Shown here: positions 12,190 through 23,699 of the stretch, in pieces | How the letters are laid out: the number at the start of each line of letters is the position of its first letter | Numbering within the stretch: position 1 is the first letter of the stretch | Origin: Octopus bimaculoides | Lineage: Eukaryota | Length of the DNA: 37,342 nucleotides | Assembly: GCF_001194135.2 (NCBI RefSeq) | Contig: NC_068989.1 | Location: 95,618,493 to 95,655,834, forward strand | Direction: 5' to 3' | Position numbers and translations under genes: made by a program | The notes under the pieces: generated by a model | Told to the model about the DNA's origin: nothing | What the model saw: the letters and a program-made list of their open reading frames with translations, nothing else | Databases searched by the model: none

Positions 12190-12782
12190 AGAAATGGAGC
12201 CTTCAATGCCCCACTGTATGTGCAATGAAAATGTACATGCTCGACAGAGTGCTAGTGTTTTGAGAGAGAAGTTAGACATAAGAGGAATTAGTTGCTGTGT
12301 GCAAGAGAGAAGACTACACTGGTTTGGTCACATGTGATGCAGATGGATGCTAACAGCTCCATGAAGATGTGCTGATCTCTCAAAATCGATGGAGTACAAA
12401 GAAGTGGGAGACCCAGGAAGTCATGGGATGAAGTATTGAAGAACAACCTCAGGATGCTGAACCTTTCAGGCAAGATGACAAAAGATCGAGATGCCTGGTG
12501 CCTTACTGTACTCAAAAGACCCACACTCCACAACAGAAGTGTTAAGACTGGTCCCTCTGGTGGTGAAAAGCACTTGTGGCAATTCCACATAAAAACGCCC
12601 ATGCAGTGCCATGTTAAAGCACCCAGCACACTCTGTAAAGGGGTTGGCATTAGGAACGGTGTCCAGCCATAGAAACCATGCCAAATCAGACTGGAGTCTG
12701 GTGCAGCCTTCCAGCCTGCCAGCCCTGGTCAAACCGTCCAACCCATGCCAGCATGGACAATGAGCATTAAATGATGATGATA
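12190..12782 (+). mobile_element. 5'-truncated RTE LINE: ORF2 C-terminus, 3' UTR and (GAT)n tail
   Basis: Encodes CCVQERRLHWFGH...GRPRKSWDEVLKNNLRMLNLSGKMTKDRDAW and ends GTCAAACCGTCCAACCCATGCCAGCATGGA...TTAAATGATGATGAT. Confidence 0.92.
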
Positions 12783-14689
12783 ACTTCTTCTTCAGGAAAT
12801 AAGATTACTACTAAATCTTCCTTTCTCATTCAACAAATCACTGTATCAGAAATATTTGCATCTCATATTTCCAATGAACAGGATACCACAACCATTTGCT
12901 TGTCATTGATTTACCTGCATGTGTGTCTTGTTTTCATAAACCATTTTATGTTTACTTTTAATGTACTAACATGAACCTGCACATAAGTACCCATGCACGC
13001 TCACAACACACAAACACATAATATATCTTATAGTATTAAATGCCATACTGATTTACTAACATACCTGCATGTAAGTACATATTGGAGATATGCAATGACA
13101 AGTTTATAGTTTTAAAGTTATTTGAAATTCCTGCCGTCTATCAATAAATAAATCTGTTCAAACTATTCCATTTCAAGAGAGATTGTCTCTTTGTCAAATA
13201 TTTGACACATATGCAGCTAATTAGTCTTTCATAACACTTGAGACTAGTCCATTGATCCCGACAGCATTTTCTGGGATTCTTTAAGGAGGCAATTCTGTTT
13301 GTATTAATATCATATTTACATTCCATTATCATTTCTTACTTTTTCTTTTTTTCACAATACAGCAACACACAAAAATGAAAAACTCAACTTAATTTTTCCA
13401 TAAGAAAATGCGATTTTTAATGCCATCATAAAATTAATTTTCTTCAACAGGTAAATTTTGATAATTCTGTGAGTGTGTGTGTGTGTATCTACATATACAC
13501 ATATATGAATATACCTATATATATATCATCATTTTACATCCACTTTCCATTTTAACTGGCATACAGTGGACACACACACGCACACACATACACACAAGTA
13601 TTCAAGTTGCCTTCTGTGATTACACTAATTATGACAATGTTTTTCTTTAGTAGAAAAGAATAGAATTGCTCTCATGGTATTTATCCTATTGATTATCTCT
13701 AAACCATATATTGAAATACATTTTGCTATTGATTAATGATTTCAACAGTCATTTTAGTCTTCAAAAATGTTTAACATAAGAAAACAATTTCAATGGAAAG
13801 AATAAATAAATAATGAACAGATATATAGATTATTCATATTCCAAGACAATATTGTTGAGTCTTAGTCATCAGTTACTAGTAAATCCTAGCCATAAATCAT
13901 CTTTTTCGGCTACAATGCTCATCAATATCAATAAAGATGCAAGCTATTAAATTTATCAAAAATGATATATTGAATTTTTTTTCTCCCAACAAAAATTGCT
14001 GTAGAATTGTCAAACACCTTACAAATAAAAAGTACATTTTTCAAAATTCAATACATAGCACAATTTCTCCAACCAATTTATTGGATTATAATTTAAACTG
14101 GTTTGTTTCCATCAAGATAATATGGCAGGAATTTGATAGAGTGATATATTTAGGTATGTTGCTAACATCGATTTACAACAATGATTTTTGTCGATTTATT
14201 CATTTATGTTTGCTTTTTTTTTCTTGCAATATGAAAAACTTAATCTTTATATGTATGAAAAAGCTATTGGATGTATATAATCAAATTTTAAGGCTTCTTT
14301 TCCAGCAGAACATAATTCAAACTTTTTGACATGCCTAGTAGTTATTTTTCATCATTTCTCTTAGAACAACAAAGAATATTCAATGAATTTGTGACCCACA
14401 GATTATTTAATTATTCATAACAAAAATTGGAACTAAAAGCATTTAAAAACTTCAATATTGCAAATATCATTCAAAATTTGCCAATATAATCATGCTTCTT
14501 TATGCTAAAACGCATTGTCTCATACTGTTCCTTATAATGATACAAATAAAGTAGGTTTTGCAGGTAGATTAAGTTATAATACATTAAGAATAATAAAGAG
14601 ATAATTGTTCAATTGTATACCTATTCAAACTTCTTTGTAGAAAGTATCTGTTCACATAGAAAATATATTCTCCTTTGCTCTCTAAATGA

Positions 14690-14832
14690 TTGGCATTAGG
14701 AAAGACATCTAATTGTAGTAACCATGCCAAAGCAGGCATAGCTTCTGGTGGAACCCTCTGGCTCATCTGTTCTTGTCAAACTATCCAACCCATGCCAGCA
14801 GGGAGAAAAAGGATGATGATAATAATGATGAT
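14690..14832 (+). mobile_element. RTE 3' tail fragment
   Basis: TTGGCATTAGGAAAGACATC...GTCAAACTATCCAACCCATGCCAGCA followed by GATGATGAT. Confidence 0.82.
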
Positions 14833-16213
14833 AATGATGATGCTATAATATATATGCATATAAAGGCTTGGTGATACAAGCTGGAAAACAGAACTCAAAA
14901 CATGGGTATATTTTCTTAATGTTAATAACCGGCATAAGCTACAGAGTAACTCAAGGGCTGAGAGCACTGTGTTTGATAAGAGCCCATGCATGAAACTCTT
15001 GGCCCTTCCACATCGTCAAAATCTCATAGCTACAACATAATTCATGATAAATTCAAAACAATGTGAATAATTAAGCATTACATTTAACAGAATAATCTGA
15101 ATGTTAAAGGGTTAAGAGAGCTTGTGTTGTCATTAAGGGATTTAATTACTATGAAGTTTGAGAACTCATGTTGTAATTCAGAAAAAATGCAAGCTTTTCA
15201 TTTCAAAATTCTTCACGAGTTGTGTACAAATTCAGTACATTTACTTAATTTATTTAACAATATCAAAAAACTGGTTAAAGTGTGCAAAATGAATGTTGCA
15301 TATTAATTTCCCTTTAAAGCAAAAAATACCAGCCCTGTGTTTGGTAAAAAAATAAATAAATCTTAAGGGCAACACTGTTGTATCACATAGCACCAACAGA
15401 CATTTGTTTTTAGAAATAACACCAGTAGACAGTTCCCTGGTGTAATACACACCAAGCTATGTACACAGGGGATATGTTTAAAGTGATATAGCTTTGTACA
15501 CAACCCTTCTTACTCTCTTACACAGACAATTCCCAGACAAAGGTGATTTTGTTAACAGTTAAACTGCAGATTCTAATTTAGAGTCACCTTGTCTAAACTT
15601 TATGACAGTTGAGTTAAAAAGTAGAGCTGGTAGCTGTTTCAGGCCAGAGAAGTATTACTCTGCATGAGTATTACTTATATAGAGAGATTTAGTGAGCTTA
15701 TTTACTGAAAATGAAATATGAAAGCATAACCAATTTCATAAGCAAAATGTTATTTTTAATTGAAGAGTTTAAAATAATTTTAGCTTTTCAGTAGTTTACA
15801 TAAGAAAAAAGGAAGAAGAATGTAAACACATGGAACCTATTAGTTTTATGTACATTACTTCAATATTAATTTTCTGGCAAGAGGCATCATTCAAATATTG
15901 ACACATCTGTTTGCAAAAATGCTAAATATTATGGTTTACTTTTTACTTTATTTTTCTTCATACATAATCACTTCTCAAGATTTATATTTTCCATAATATA
16001 TCATTTCTCAATTATTCTAAAATTGATCATTATTTGATGGAAATTTTCTTTTACTTCTCTGTACACTAAAAATGTGTGTAATAGATCTTTGTAAATAAAA
16101 TTAAGCTTCTTAGCTCGACATGACAAGAGTCTATGCAAAGAAGTTAACTGAAAAATACAACTGTATAAAATTACAATTTTAAAAATCTCTCAAAAGTGTA
16201 AAAGATATCTTAC

Positions 16214-16387
16214 CTATAGCAGCTTTGCCCCAGATTTCTACAACAAATTCCTGAGAATTGTTATTTGTTTTATTACTTTTTACAACTGGGTTTTCTACTT
16301 TCCATTGGGGGGCTTCATACCGTGCTTCTTCCCCATTTTCAAATTCTTCCCCCCATGGGTTCCATTCAGGATCATCACGTAAAATAT
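16214..16387 (-). CDS. RXYLT1: Internal coding exon of ribitol-5-phosphate xylosyltransferase 1 (RXYLT1/TMEM5) orthologue
   Basis: The minus strand reads ttttgtaaattccag|AT ATT TTA CGT...GCT GCT ATA G|gtaag. It is 174 nt with phase 1 at both ends and translates as (x)ILRDDPEWNPWGEEFENGEEARYEAPQWKVENPVVKSNKTNNNSQEFVVEIWGKAAI(G). Both EWNPW and V(E/Q)IWGKAAIG occur in human RXYLT1 as I recall it (ESEEWNPWEGDE...SVQIWGKAAIGLYLWEHIF), with similar spacing. An in-frame TAA just upstream of the AG supports the acceptor. Confidence 0.92.
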
Positions 16388-16999
16388 CTGGAATTTACAA
16401 AACAATTAATCAATATTTGAAAATAGCTAAGACAACACACACACAATTAAAAATTATACTTTGATTACAAGCTTTCAACAAATAAAAGAGCTTAAAAGTC
16501 AAAGTGATAAATCAACTCACTACATTACCTTCATTAAAAATGAATGTGCATAGACCAGTTAGTAAGCATTTGTGCAATTTATATTATCTTGAAAATTTAT
16601 AGCTTTATAAGTTTGTTAGAAAGGCATTTTGAAAATACTTTAAGGAATGAGGATTGTGGTTTGATGGCCAAGAAGTCTGGAAATCATGGTAACTTAATAA
16701 AGGTTGCCCCTAACCACAAAAACAAAAATTAAAGATGGGATCTAAAAACGTTCACCCAATCAAATGCAAATTAAATATATCCAAGTGAAGTAAAGTATTC
16801 ACAAGTAATCTAAATTTTGCTTTAAGGAATATTAATTTTTACATTTTCTTAGTTATGTACAGGCAACAAATGCTGACACATTTGTAATGCCCACTTTCTG
16901 CATTTTAGATGGTTAATTTAGTTTAAATGCCCATCCATTTTTAGTCATGTCTATTCAAGGAAAAGAGCTTTGTTAACAGAAGCTGATAAAGTTCAGCGC

Positions 17000-17010
17000 G
17001 TGGGCGCACG

Positions 17011-17053
<43 letters not shown>

Positions 17054-17160
17054 TTCATTTACCATAATTCACTCACAAAGCTTTGATTGACTTGAAACCA
17101 TGGTGTTGCATAGTGGGACTGAACTGAGTACCCACAGGTTCCTATGTGATGAACGTCTAG
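17000..17160 (-). mobile_element. 5' part of an OR/CORE-like SINE with a (TG)n internal tract
   Basis: The minus strand reads ttcagtcccactatgcaacacc...tcaatcaaagctttgtgagtgaatt...tgtgtg, homologous to the copy at 33159. Confidence 0.65.
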
Positions 17161-17214
17161 ACACCCAAAATATAACAGCTTCTACTCCTATATTAGGAGT
17201 AGAAATTTGCTTTA

Positions 17215-18336
17215 CGAGGTGTACTCAAAAGGTATCCAAACTTGATTTTTTCTGCACAAGATAATAATGAGTGAGCAAAATCCACATGGCTATTAGGTGG
17301 CCACATCCTTCCTGAGCATGCATGAAAATTTTTGTGTGTGTAGGTTTTGCCAGTCACCCACAGTGATGCATTGAGTACAGACGTCAAGAGTGTGCTGTGT
17401 GATTTTTCCTTTTGAATCAAGATGACCGAGCACATTGAGCAAAGATACTGTATCAAATTCTGCCAAAAATTTGGTGGTATGCAAGCCCAGACTATCGAGA
17501 AGATTCAGAAGGCCTTTAGAAATGATGCTATTGGAAAAACACAAATAAAGAAGTGGTACAACTGGTTCAAAGATGGCAGCACCTCAGTGGACAGTGAGCC
17601 ACAGTGTAGCTGACCATCAACTAGCAGAAACGATGAAATGATTGCAAAGGTTCAAGGAATAGGTTATGAAGACTGAGGCGGTGAAAACGACCTGACCTGT
17701 GGGTAGCAAAGAAATGAGAACTCCACCATGACAACACACCAGCTCACATCATCCAAGCAAAACACACCACTTGTTAATCAGGTTTTCTACTCCCCAGACT
17801 TGTTAATCAGGTTTTCTACCCCCCAGACTTGTTAATCAGGTTTTCTACCCCCCAGACTTGTTAATCAGGTTTTCTACTCCCCAGACTTGTTAATCAGGTT
17901 TTCTACTCCCCAGACTTGTTAATCAGGTTTTCTACTCCCCAGACTTGTTAATCAGGTTTTCTACCCCCCAGACTTGTTAATCAGGTTTTCTACTCCCCAG
18001 ACTTGTTAATCAGGTTTTCTACTCCCCAGACTTGTTAATCAGGTTTTCTACTCCCCAGACTTGACTTCATATGACTTTTGGCTATTCTCAAAGCTCAAAA
18101 AAGCACTCAAAGGGAGAAGATTTGAGTCAATAGAGGACATTAGGCAAAATTCAATGGCACAGCTCTATGGCATCCAAAAAAGTGATTTACAGAAATGTTT
18201 CCAGCAGTGGCAGGAATGCTGGCAGAAATGTGTAGACTCCCAAGTCAAATACTTTGAATGAGACTAAATAAAAATAGTGAGTTTTTAATATTACTTGTTT
18301 TTTTGGCCAAAGGTCAGATACTTTTTGACTACCTTG
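17215..18336 (+). mobile_element. Internally deleted mariner element with both TIRs and TA target-site duplication
   Basis: Left end TA|CGAGGTGTACTCAAAAGGTATCCAAAC and right end GTCAGATACTTTTTGACTACCTTG|TA are imperfect inverted repeats. It contains the transposase N-terminus MTEHIEQRYCIKFCQKFG...KWYNWFKDG (17422), then KRPDLW...LHHDNTPAH, and the C-terminus YSPDLTSYDFWLFSKLKKALKGRRF...WQKCVDSQVKYFE (to 18261). The middle of the transposase is missing. Confidence 0.95.
17771..18060 (+). repeat. Minisatellite of 10 x 29 bp (TTGTTAATCAGGTTTTCTACYCCCCAGAC) inside the mariner element
   Basis: 290 bp with an exact 29-bp period. The single variable site follows the order T,C,C,T,T,T,C,T,T,T. Confidence 0.98.
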
Positions 18337-20049
18337 TATTTAGTCAATTTTTTAATTAAAAACCAAATATTAATAATTCTTAAATTATTTCTTTTATTCT
18401 TCAAATATTCACATTTCACAGATTATGCATACAGGTCATAATATTTTAATTTATTTTAAATACATATTCTTGTAAAGTATTCAGGAGGAGATGGGGAACT
18501 AAACTAATGATATGCAAAGTTAAATGTATGCCAAAACATTAAGCATAGAAACAAAATGAGAAAATTTATTGAAAAAGGAGCTTCTGATGATATTTTCCAT
18601 GAATTAATATTGGAACTAGAAATGAAACAAGTGTTAAGAGAGATTTCTAAATAAAGCTCATGAATCTAATGCATATTTAAGTGACTGTATACATCCCAAA
18701 AAGAAACACAAATGGTATTTGAGACTAATCCTGTCAAATGTGATACAAACATTAGTCTATAATAAATCTGATATGCATAATACCATTTAAGAATAAGTGG
18801 AATCTCTGATTTAACAATTTACTCAAAGAGAAATAGAAGCATTAAACTAATGACATTACATCTATATTGCAGTTGGTAAGAATACAAATTCTTTACTATA
18901 ACAAATAAACAAGTAATCCACATTCAAATCACATTAACAGATCCAAAATGCTTTGTTTGTTTGTTTTTACATAATTGTTAACTCTTTCATTTATTTGATT
19001 AGTTCAGCTTATCTCTAAAATATCAGGCAAGTACAATTAAAACCGAAAACAGCCTCTGCTCTTTAAGCCATTAATAAAGACTTTTAATTGAAATTGAAGA
19101 GTGTATTTAACTTGTTGGAAAAGGTGAAAAGAAAAACAAAAAAAACTTGAAGCACTGCATTAGAAAATTATAATTTTAATTCAATGGAATTTTTTCCTTT
19201 CAAAGTTTTATCTTTTAGATGTCCCAATCTTCTTTACTAAATCAATGCATGCATTAAGACTAGTCTGTAAAGTTAGAGGAAGCGTGGACAGATACTGCTG
19301 TATATGATATGAAAAAGCAGACTCTCTTTTCCCCAAACAAAAGGTTGTTTGTATATGTGAACAAAAAAATGTGATGTTATGTGATTATGACCTTAGAAAT
19401 TAAAAGAGGATAATGCCATTTCACAAAGAACAAGTTTATTGCAATTCATAAGAATCTAGCGAAGTGATAATTAGTTAGAAAAGAAAGAGGAAAATGGATG
19501 AACATAGTACTGTGTAGTCAATTGTTGAATCAATAATAATAAGTTTACAAAGATGGTAGTAATGTATATATATATATATAAATCCAGGCCAATGTGGAAA
19601 CTGGACAACAAGAAGGACGTGATTAATGCAATTAACAAAAAGTAGTTTTTAGTCTTTGACAGAATAATAGTATTTTTCAGACTCAGCAACTGTTAAGATT
19701 TCTAGTTTTAAAATAAGAAAATCTTTTTCAATATTTTCAAGCCATGTTAAAAAGATGTTACTACATGTAATTGATTTGAAAGAAATGCTAAGAGCAAAGA
19801 GTTGATTACACAATGAATTAAGAACAACAACAATAATTATTATTATTATTCATATTTAGTCAACAGATTTCTTGTAGAAGAAAGGGCAGTGAAAGTGGTC
19901 TTTTTAAGAGCCTTGAAGACTGGAGGGACGAAAAGAAGTTTTCAAAAGAGAAGAGCTGGCCAAAATGCTTGCAACATAGAGGATTTTGTTGAAAGTCATC
20001 CAACAGCTAGGTAGTGATGTTAAACCAAATACCATTTTAAAGTTACTAC

Positions 20050-20140
20050 CTATGAACATAACACTTGTCAAACCTGCTGTCCAATCAGCTTGAACCTGAA
20101 ACTATGGTTGTGGAGCAAAATGTCATAACCCCATGACTTT
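20050..20140 (-). mobile_element. Decayed SINE head
   Basis: The minus strand reads ...ttttgctccacaaccatagtttcaggttcaagctg...tttgacaagtgtt, resembling the 33159 family head. Confidence 0.45.
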
Positions 20141-20786
20141 GCTTATTATATCTAGACTGTAGTTTGAAATAGTAAAATCTTACCATTTCTTCCTCATAAT
20201 ACATTATAATATAACAGAAAAAAGTAAAAAGAAAAACCAAAAAGAAGAAAAAATCTCAAAATCTTGAGATGATTTTAGAAATAGCTATAAATGGGAATAC
20301 AAACAGAAAACAGTAGTTTGAGCAATAAAGGAAATTAAGAATAATGAGTACAAGTTACAAAGAAAGTTGTTTAATGAACTAATATGGGCACCTATTTGAT
20401 TTAATAGCATTAATTACAGTGATGAAAAGTCCAAAAGGAATTGTTCGAAGCTGAGAAAACATTTGGCAATGACAAAAGTGAAGTGATTTTTAATTAATGA
20501 TTCACACATAGATACTTATGCATCACGCATAAAACATTTATATCTACAGACTATAAATAAAGTCAGCTCACGGTAAATTAAAATGGAAATAAAAGAAAAT
20601 CTGTAAATCAAAATGAATTTGTGGAATTCATAAACTAAAATGAAATAAAATCACTAAGTATTGTAACTTATGTAATATAACTCAGCTCTTTCTTAGATAT
20701 TGCATAAGTCATTACTATATTTTAACACTGCAATTCTTCCTTGAGTCTCAAATGACATTTCACAGATATATCTCAAACAAGCTAAA

Positions 20787-21840
20787 TCATCATTACCATA
20801 TATCTTCACCATTTAATGTCCGTTTTCCATGCTGGCATCTGAGACCCTTTCTCATCACTTTGTTCCATGTCTTTCTGGGTTTACCTCTTCCACATGTTCC
20901 TTCCTTTATAAAAGCTTGGAAATCTTTGATGCGACTGTCTTCATTCATACGCATTACATGGCCATACCAGTGCAGTCTTCTCTCTAGCACACTACATCTG
21001 AAGCTCTGTATTCCTAGTTTTTCTCTTAAATCATCTACACTCTGTCTTACACACACCCACTGACCATACCCATCCAGTGGAGCATACCAGCTTCATTTCT
21101 TTCACAAGCCTTCACATGTCTTCAGTAGTCACAGCCCATGTTTCATTGCCATATAGCATAGCTGTTCATACACAGGCATCATGCAATCTGCGTTTCACTC
21201 TGAGGGAGAGGCCCTTCATGACTAACAGAGGAAGGTGCTCTATGAACTTTGTTCAGCCTATTCTTATTCTAGCAGCCGTGCTCTTGGAACAACCTCCACT
21301 ACAGCTAATTTGGTCACCAAAGGTATGAAAACTGTCTTCTACTTCTAAGGATCTCCCCTGACATTTGAGGGAATCTATTTTATGCACATTCCTGGAGTTT
21401 AATGTAACTGCACAACTTCCACAGGTAAGTCTTCTAGTGATACTACTGCACCTCTTGTGTATCCATAGATTGCACTGGGAACACCATAAGGAGTTTCTCC
21501 CAACACCTTTTCTACATATTGAGCAGGACCATCTCCCCGAAGGAAGCTGTGCCTTGTCTGTTTTCCTACTTATTAGGACTTTGGCCTTTGCTAAATTAAC
21601 TCTAAGGTCCTTTGATTCCAAGTCTTGGTTCCAGACTTGAAATTTCTTTTCTAGTTCTGGTAGTGATTCAGTGATAATCAGAATTTGATAAAACGAACAA
21701 TCCATTGTTATGAGGTCAAGACATCCACTTTGAAATCACTGCTTCTGGGGTCAGTTGTATTGCACTGTACTTTGGGCAAGATTCTTCATTCACCACAGAC
21801 TCCAGTTGCTGTGTGTGAGACTTTAACGGATTATGTTATG
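20787..21840 (-). mobile_element. RTE LINE fragment (RT C-terminus to tail) with frameshifts and a deleted 3' UTR
   Basis: ORFs 21253-21705 (ESLPELEKKFQVWNQDLESKDLRVNLAKAKVL...CSICRKGVGRNSLWCSQCNLWIHKRC) and 20793-21056 (RCSVLERRLHWYGHVMRMNED...GRGKPRKTW), plus a tail with the TTAAATG motif. Confidence 0.93.
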
Positions 21841-21893
21841 CAGAAGCATATTTCTACACACACATGCACATGTATGTGTGCACATACGTGTGT

Positions 21894-21899
21894 GAGAGA

Positions 21900-21957
<58 letters not shown>
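21894..21957. repeat. (GA)n microsatellite
   Basis: Read directly. Confidence 0.97.
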
Positions 21958-21960
<3 letters not shown>

Positions 21961-22533
21961 TTTACAAAAGTGTAACTACCTTAAAGGTGTTTACATCACT
22001 AAAGACAAGTAACACCTCTAAAATTAGGCTATCGAATAAAGATTGATAAAATGAATTACTAGCATAAAAATACTGAAATACTGAAAATACTGAAAGATGA
22101 TAAAAATAATTGGTCCAAACCTTTGAAGGCAGTGCTCATTCAAGGCAACTTTTTTATGACTCAAATGATAAAATTATACTTGAGGTTCAATATTTTCATT
22201 TTAGCAGAAGATTCTTAGATAAATTATATTTGATCTCAGAATATAAATTAGACTAAAAACATTTTAAAGTAGGTTACATTTCACCTCAGTTATATTATAA
22301 TTTATTAAAGTACAACAAAATCTCAATTAACTACCTAAGAACACACAACGGGGTCTGTATGGTCTGCAGGAGCGAACCCCCACCTCTCTCTCTCTCTCTC
22401 TCACGCACACACACACACACAGAAAATTTAATAAACAAATAATTTATTTGCTTCATCTACCAAAAATAGCAAAATTGCTTTCTTTATGCCATCTTCCATT
22501 TCTATGTATTTTACAGTAGACATTGAGGGATTT

Positions 22534-22605
22534 ACACACACACACACACAGACACACACACACACAGACACACACACACACAGACACACACACACACACA
22601 CACAC
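22534..22605. repeat. Imperfect (CA)n microsatellite
   Basis: Read directly. Confidence 0.95.
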
Positions 22606-23265
22606 CAATAAAAGTTTCATGTATATGTGTAGGTATTTACTTATTGAGAATAAAAAGGATGAAAAGAAATGTCTATTCAAATTTTATTCCATAACAACTC
22701 AGTAGTAACACCAATCAATAAATAAAATCATGTGCACAACTTGCTTCAAAGAAAATTAATTTGTAAGCAAATTTAGAAAGTTGTTTACATATTTTAACAT
22801 TAATTTTCTTTATGTATTTGAAAGTTTTAGCCTTTTGATATTTCTGAAGAAAATGCCAGTCTATTTAAAAAGAAAAAACCCAACATTTTTGTGGAATGTT
22901 TAAGGTCAAGAATGAAAGAAATATTAAACATCAGCTAAACACATACACATAACATCACAATTAAAATTAAATAAGTTTCCTTAGTCTTTGGAAGTTCCAT
23001 TACTAATGATCTGATCATGATAATAGTCTGGATTTTGAGATTCAAAAGTTAATTACAAAAACTTGTATTATTCATTAAGTTTGGCAAGTAGATGAATTTT
23101 CCTTGCCAAAGGGCATAAGTTAAATTCTCTGCTAAAGGTTAATTTTATGAATGAACATTTCAGTCATTCAGTATACTAACTGCTTACATATTATACTTCA
23201 GCACAAAGAAAACAAAAGATAAAGCTTTGTGTTAAGAGAAGATTGTATTTCTTTTTTTCACTTAG

Positions 23266-23344
23266 TGAAAGAAGAGTCGTTTCCATGACACTTGCAAGCT
23301 GCAGTTGATGCTCAGCTCCGGCTTCGACAAGCTAAGACCAAGCG
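23266..23344 (+). other. Candidate 79-nt plus-strand exon, antisense to RXYLT1
   Basis: Acceptor tatttctttttttcacttag| and donor GCG|gtaaga. It has 4 CpGs in 79 nt within CpG-poor surroundings. All three frames contain a stop. Confidence 0.4.
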
Positions 23345-23699
23345 GTAAGAGCAATAATTAAGGCTAGAGGTTATATAATTAATGCTAGAGGTTTTGCTTA
23401 TCAGTGGTACAGTCTTATTAACTTTCTCTATGATCTTTCTTTATGTAGCTGGACCTCCATTCTTGATATGTGAGGACATATTAAATTCACATCTAAGCTT
23501 AGCAGCATCACCAACTGATGATAACATCCTTGGGATGTAGTTTTGGCAAAATTATATACATGTGAGGCTACTGTAAAAGATCAATCAGAGATTGTAAGCT
23601 GTAATATATATATTTAGGGATTTTGAGGGTTTTAGTTGCATGTTCTTTGTGCATAGGTGTGATATGCAAATTTTACCACATGTGTAACAATTTTGATAC

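Noticed and set aside
13937-14329. 130-aa plus-strand ORF
   Set aside because: AT-rich, low-complexity composition (I, F, N, K) with no motif and no splice context; likely a chance ORF.
16529-16587. Possible upstream RXYLT1 mini-exon (YKLHKCLLTGLCTFIFNE, donor GAAG|gtaatg, phase-compatible)
   Set aside because: There is an in-frame TAA immediately after the acceptor and no in-frame ATG, so it cannot supply the N-terminus.
17771-18060. 29-bp direct repeats resembling a CRISPR array
   Set aside because: The units are head-to-tail with no spacers, derive from mariner coding sequence, and sit in eukaryotic DNA with no cas genes.
19471-19689. Hydrophobic minus-strand ORF resembling a type II membrane anchor
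   Set aside because: Non-ATG start directly after a stop, runs through (TA)n, and has no suitable donor. The ORF at 30678-30866 also starts at a TTG directly after a stop.
21685-22705. ER-, CV- and HT-repeat ORFs
   Set aside because: Translations of (GA)n and (CA)n tracts. The same applies to the ORFs at 24966 and 34719-35078.
23266-23344. In-frame UGA as selenocysteine (KEESFP-U-HLQAAVDAQLRLRQAKTKR)
   Set aside because: The context matches no selenoprotein motif I know (CxxU, GCUG, UxxC and similar), and I identified no SECIS element.
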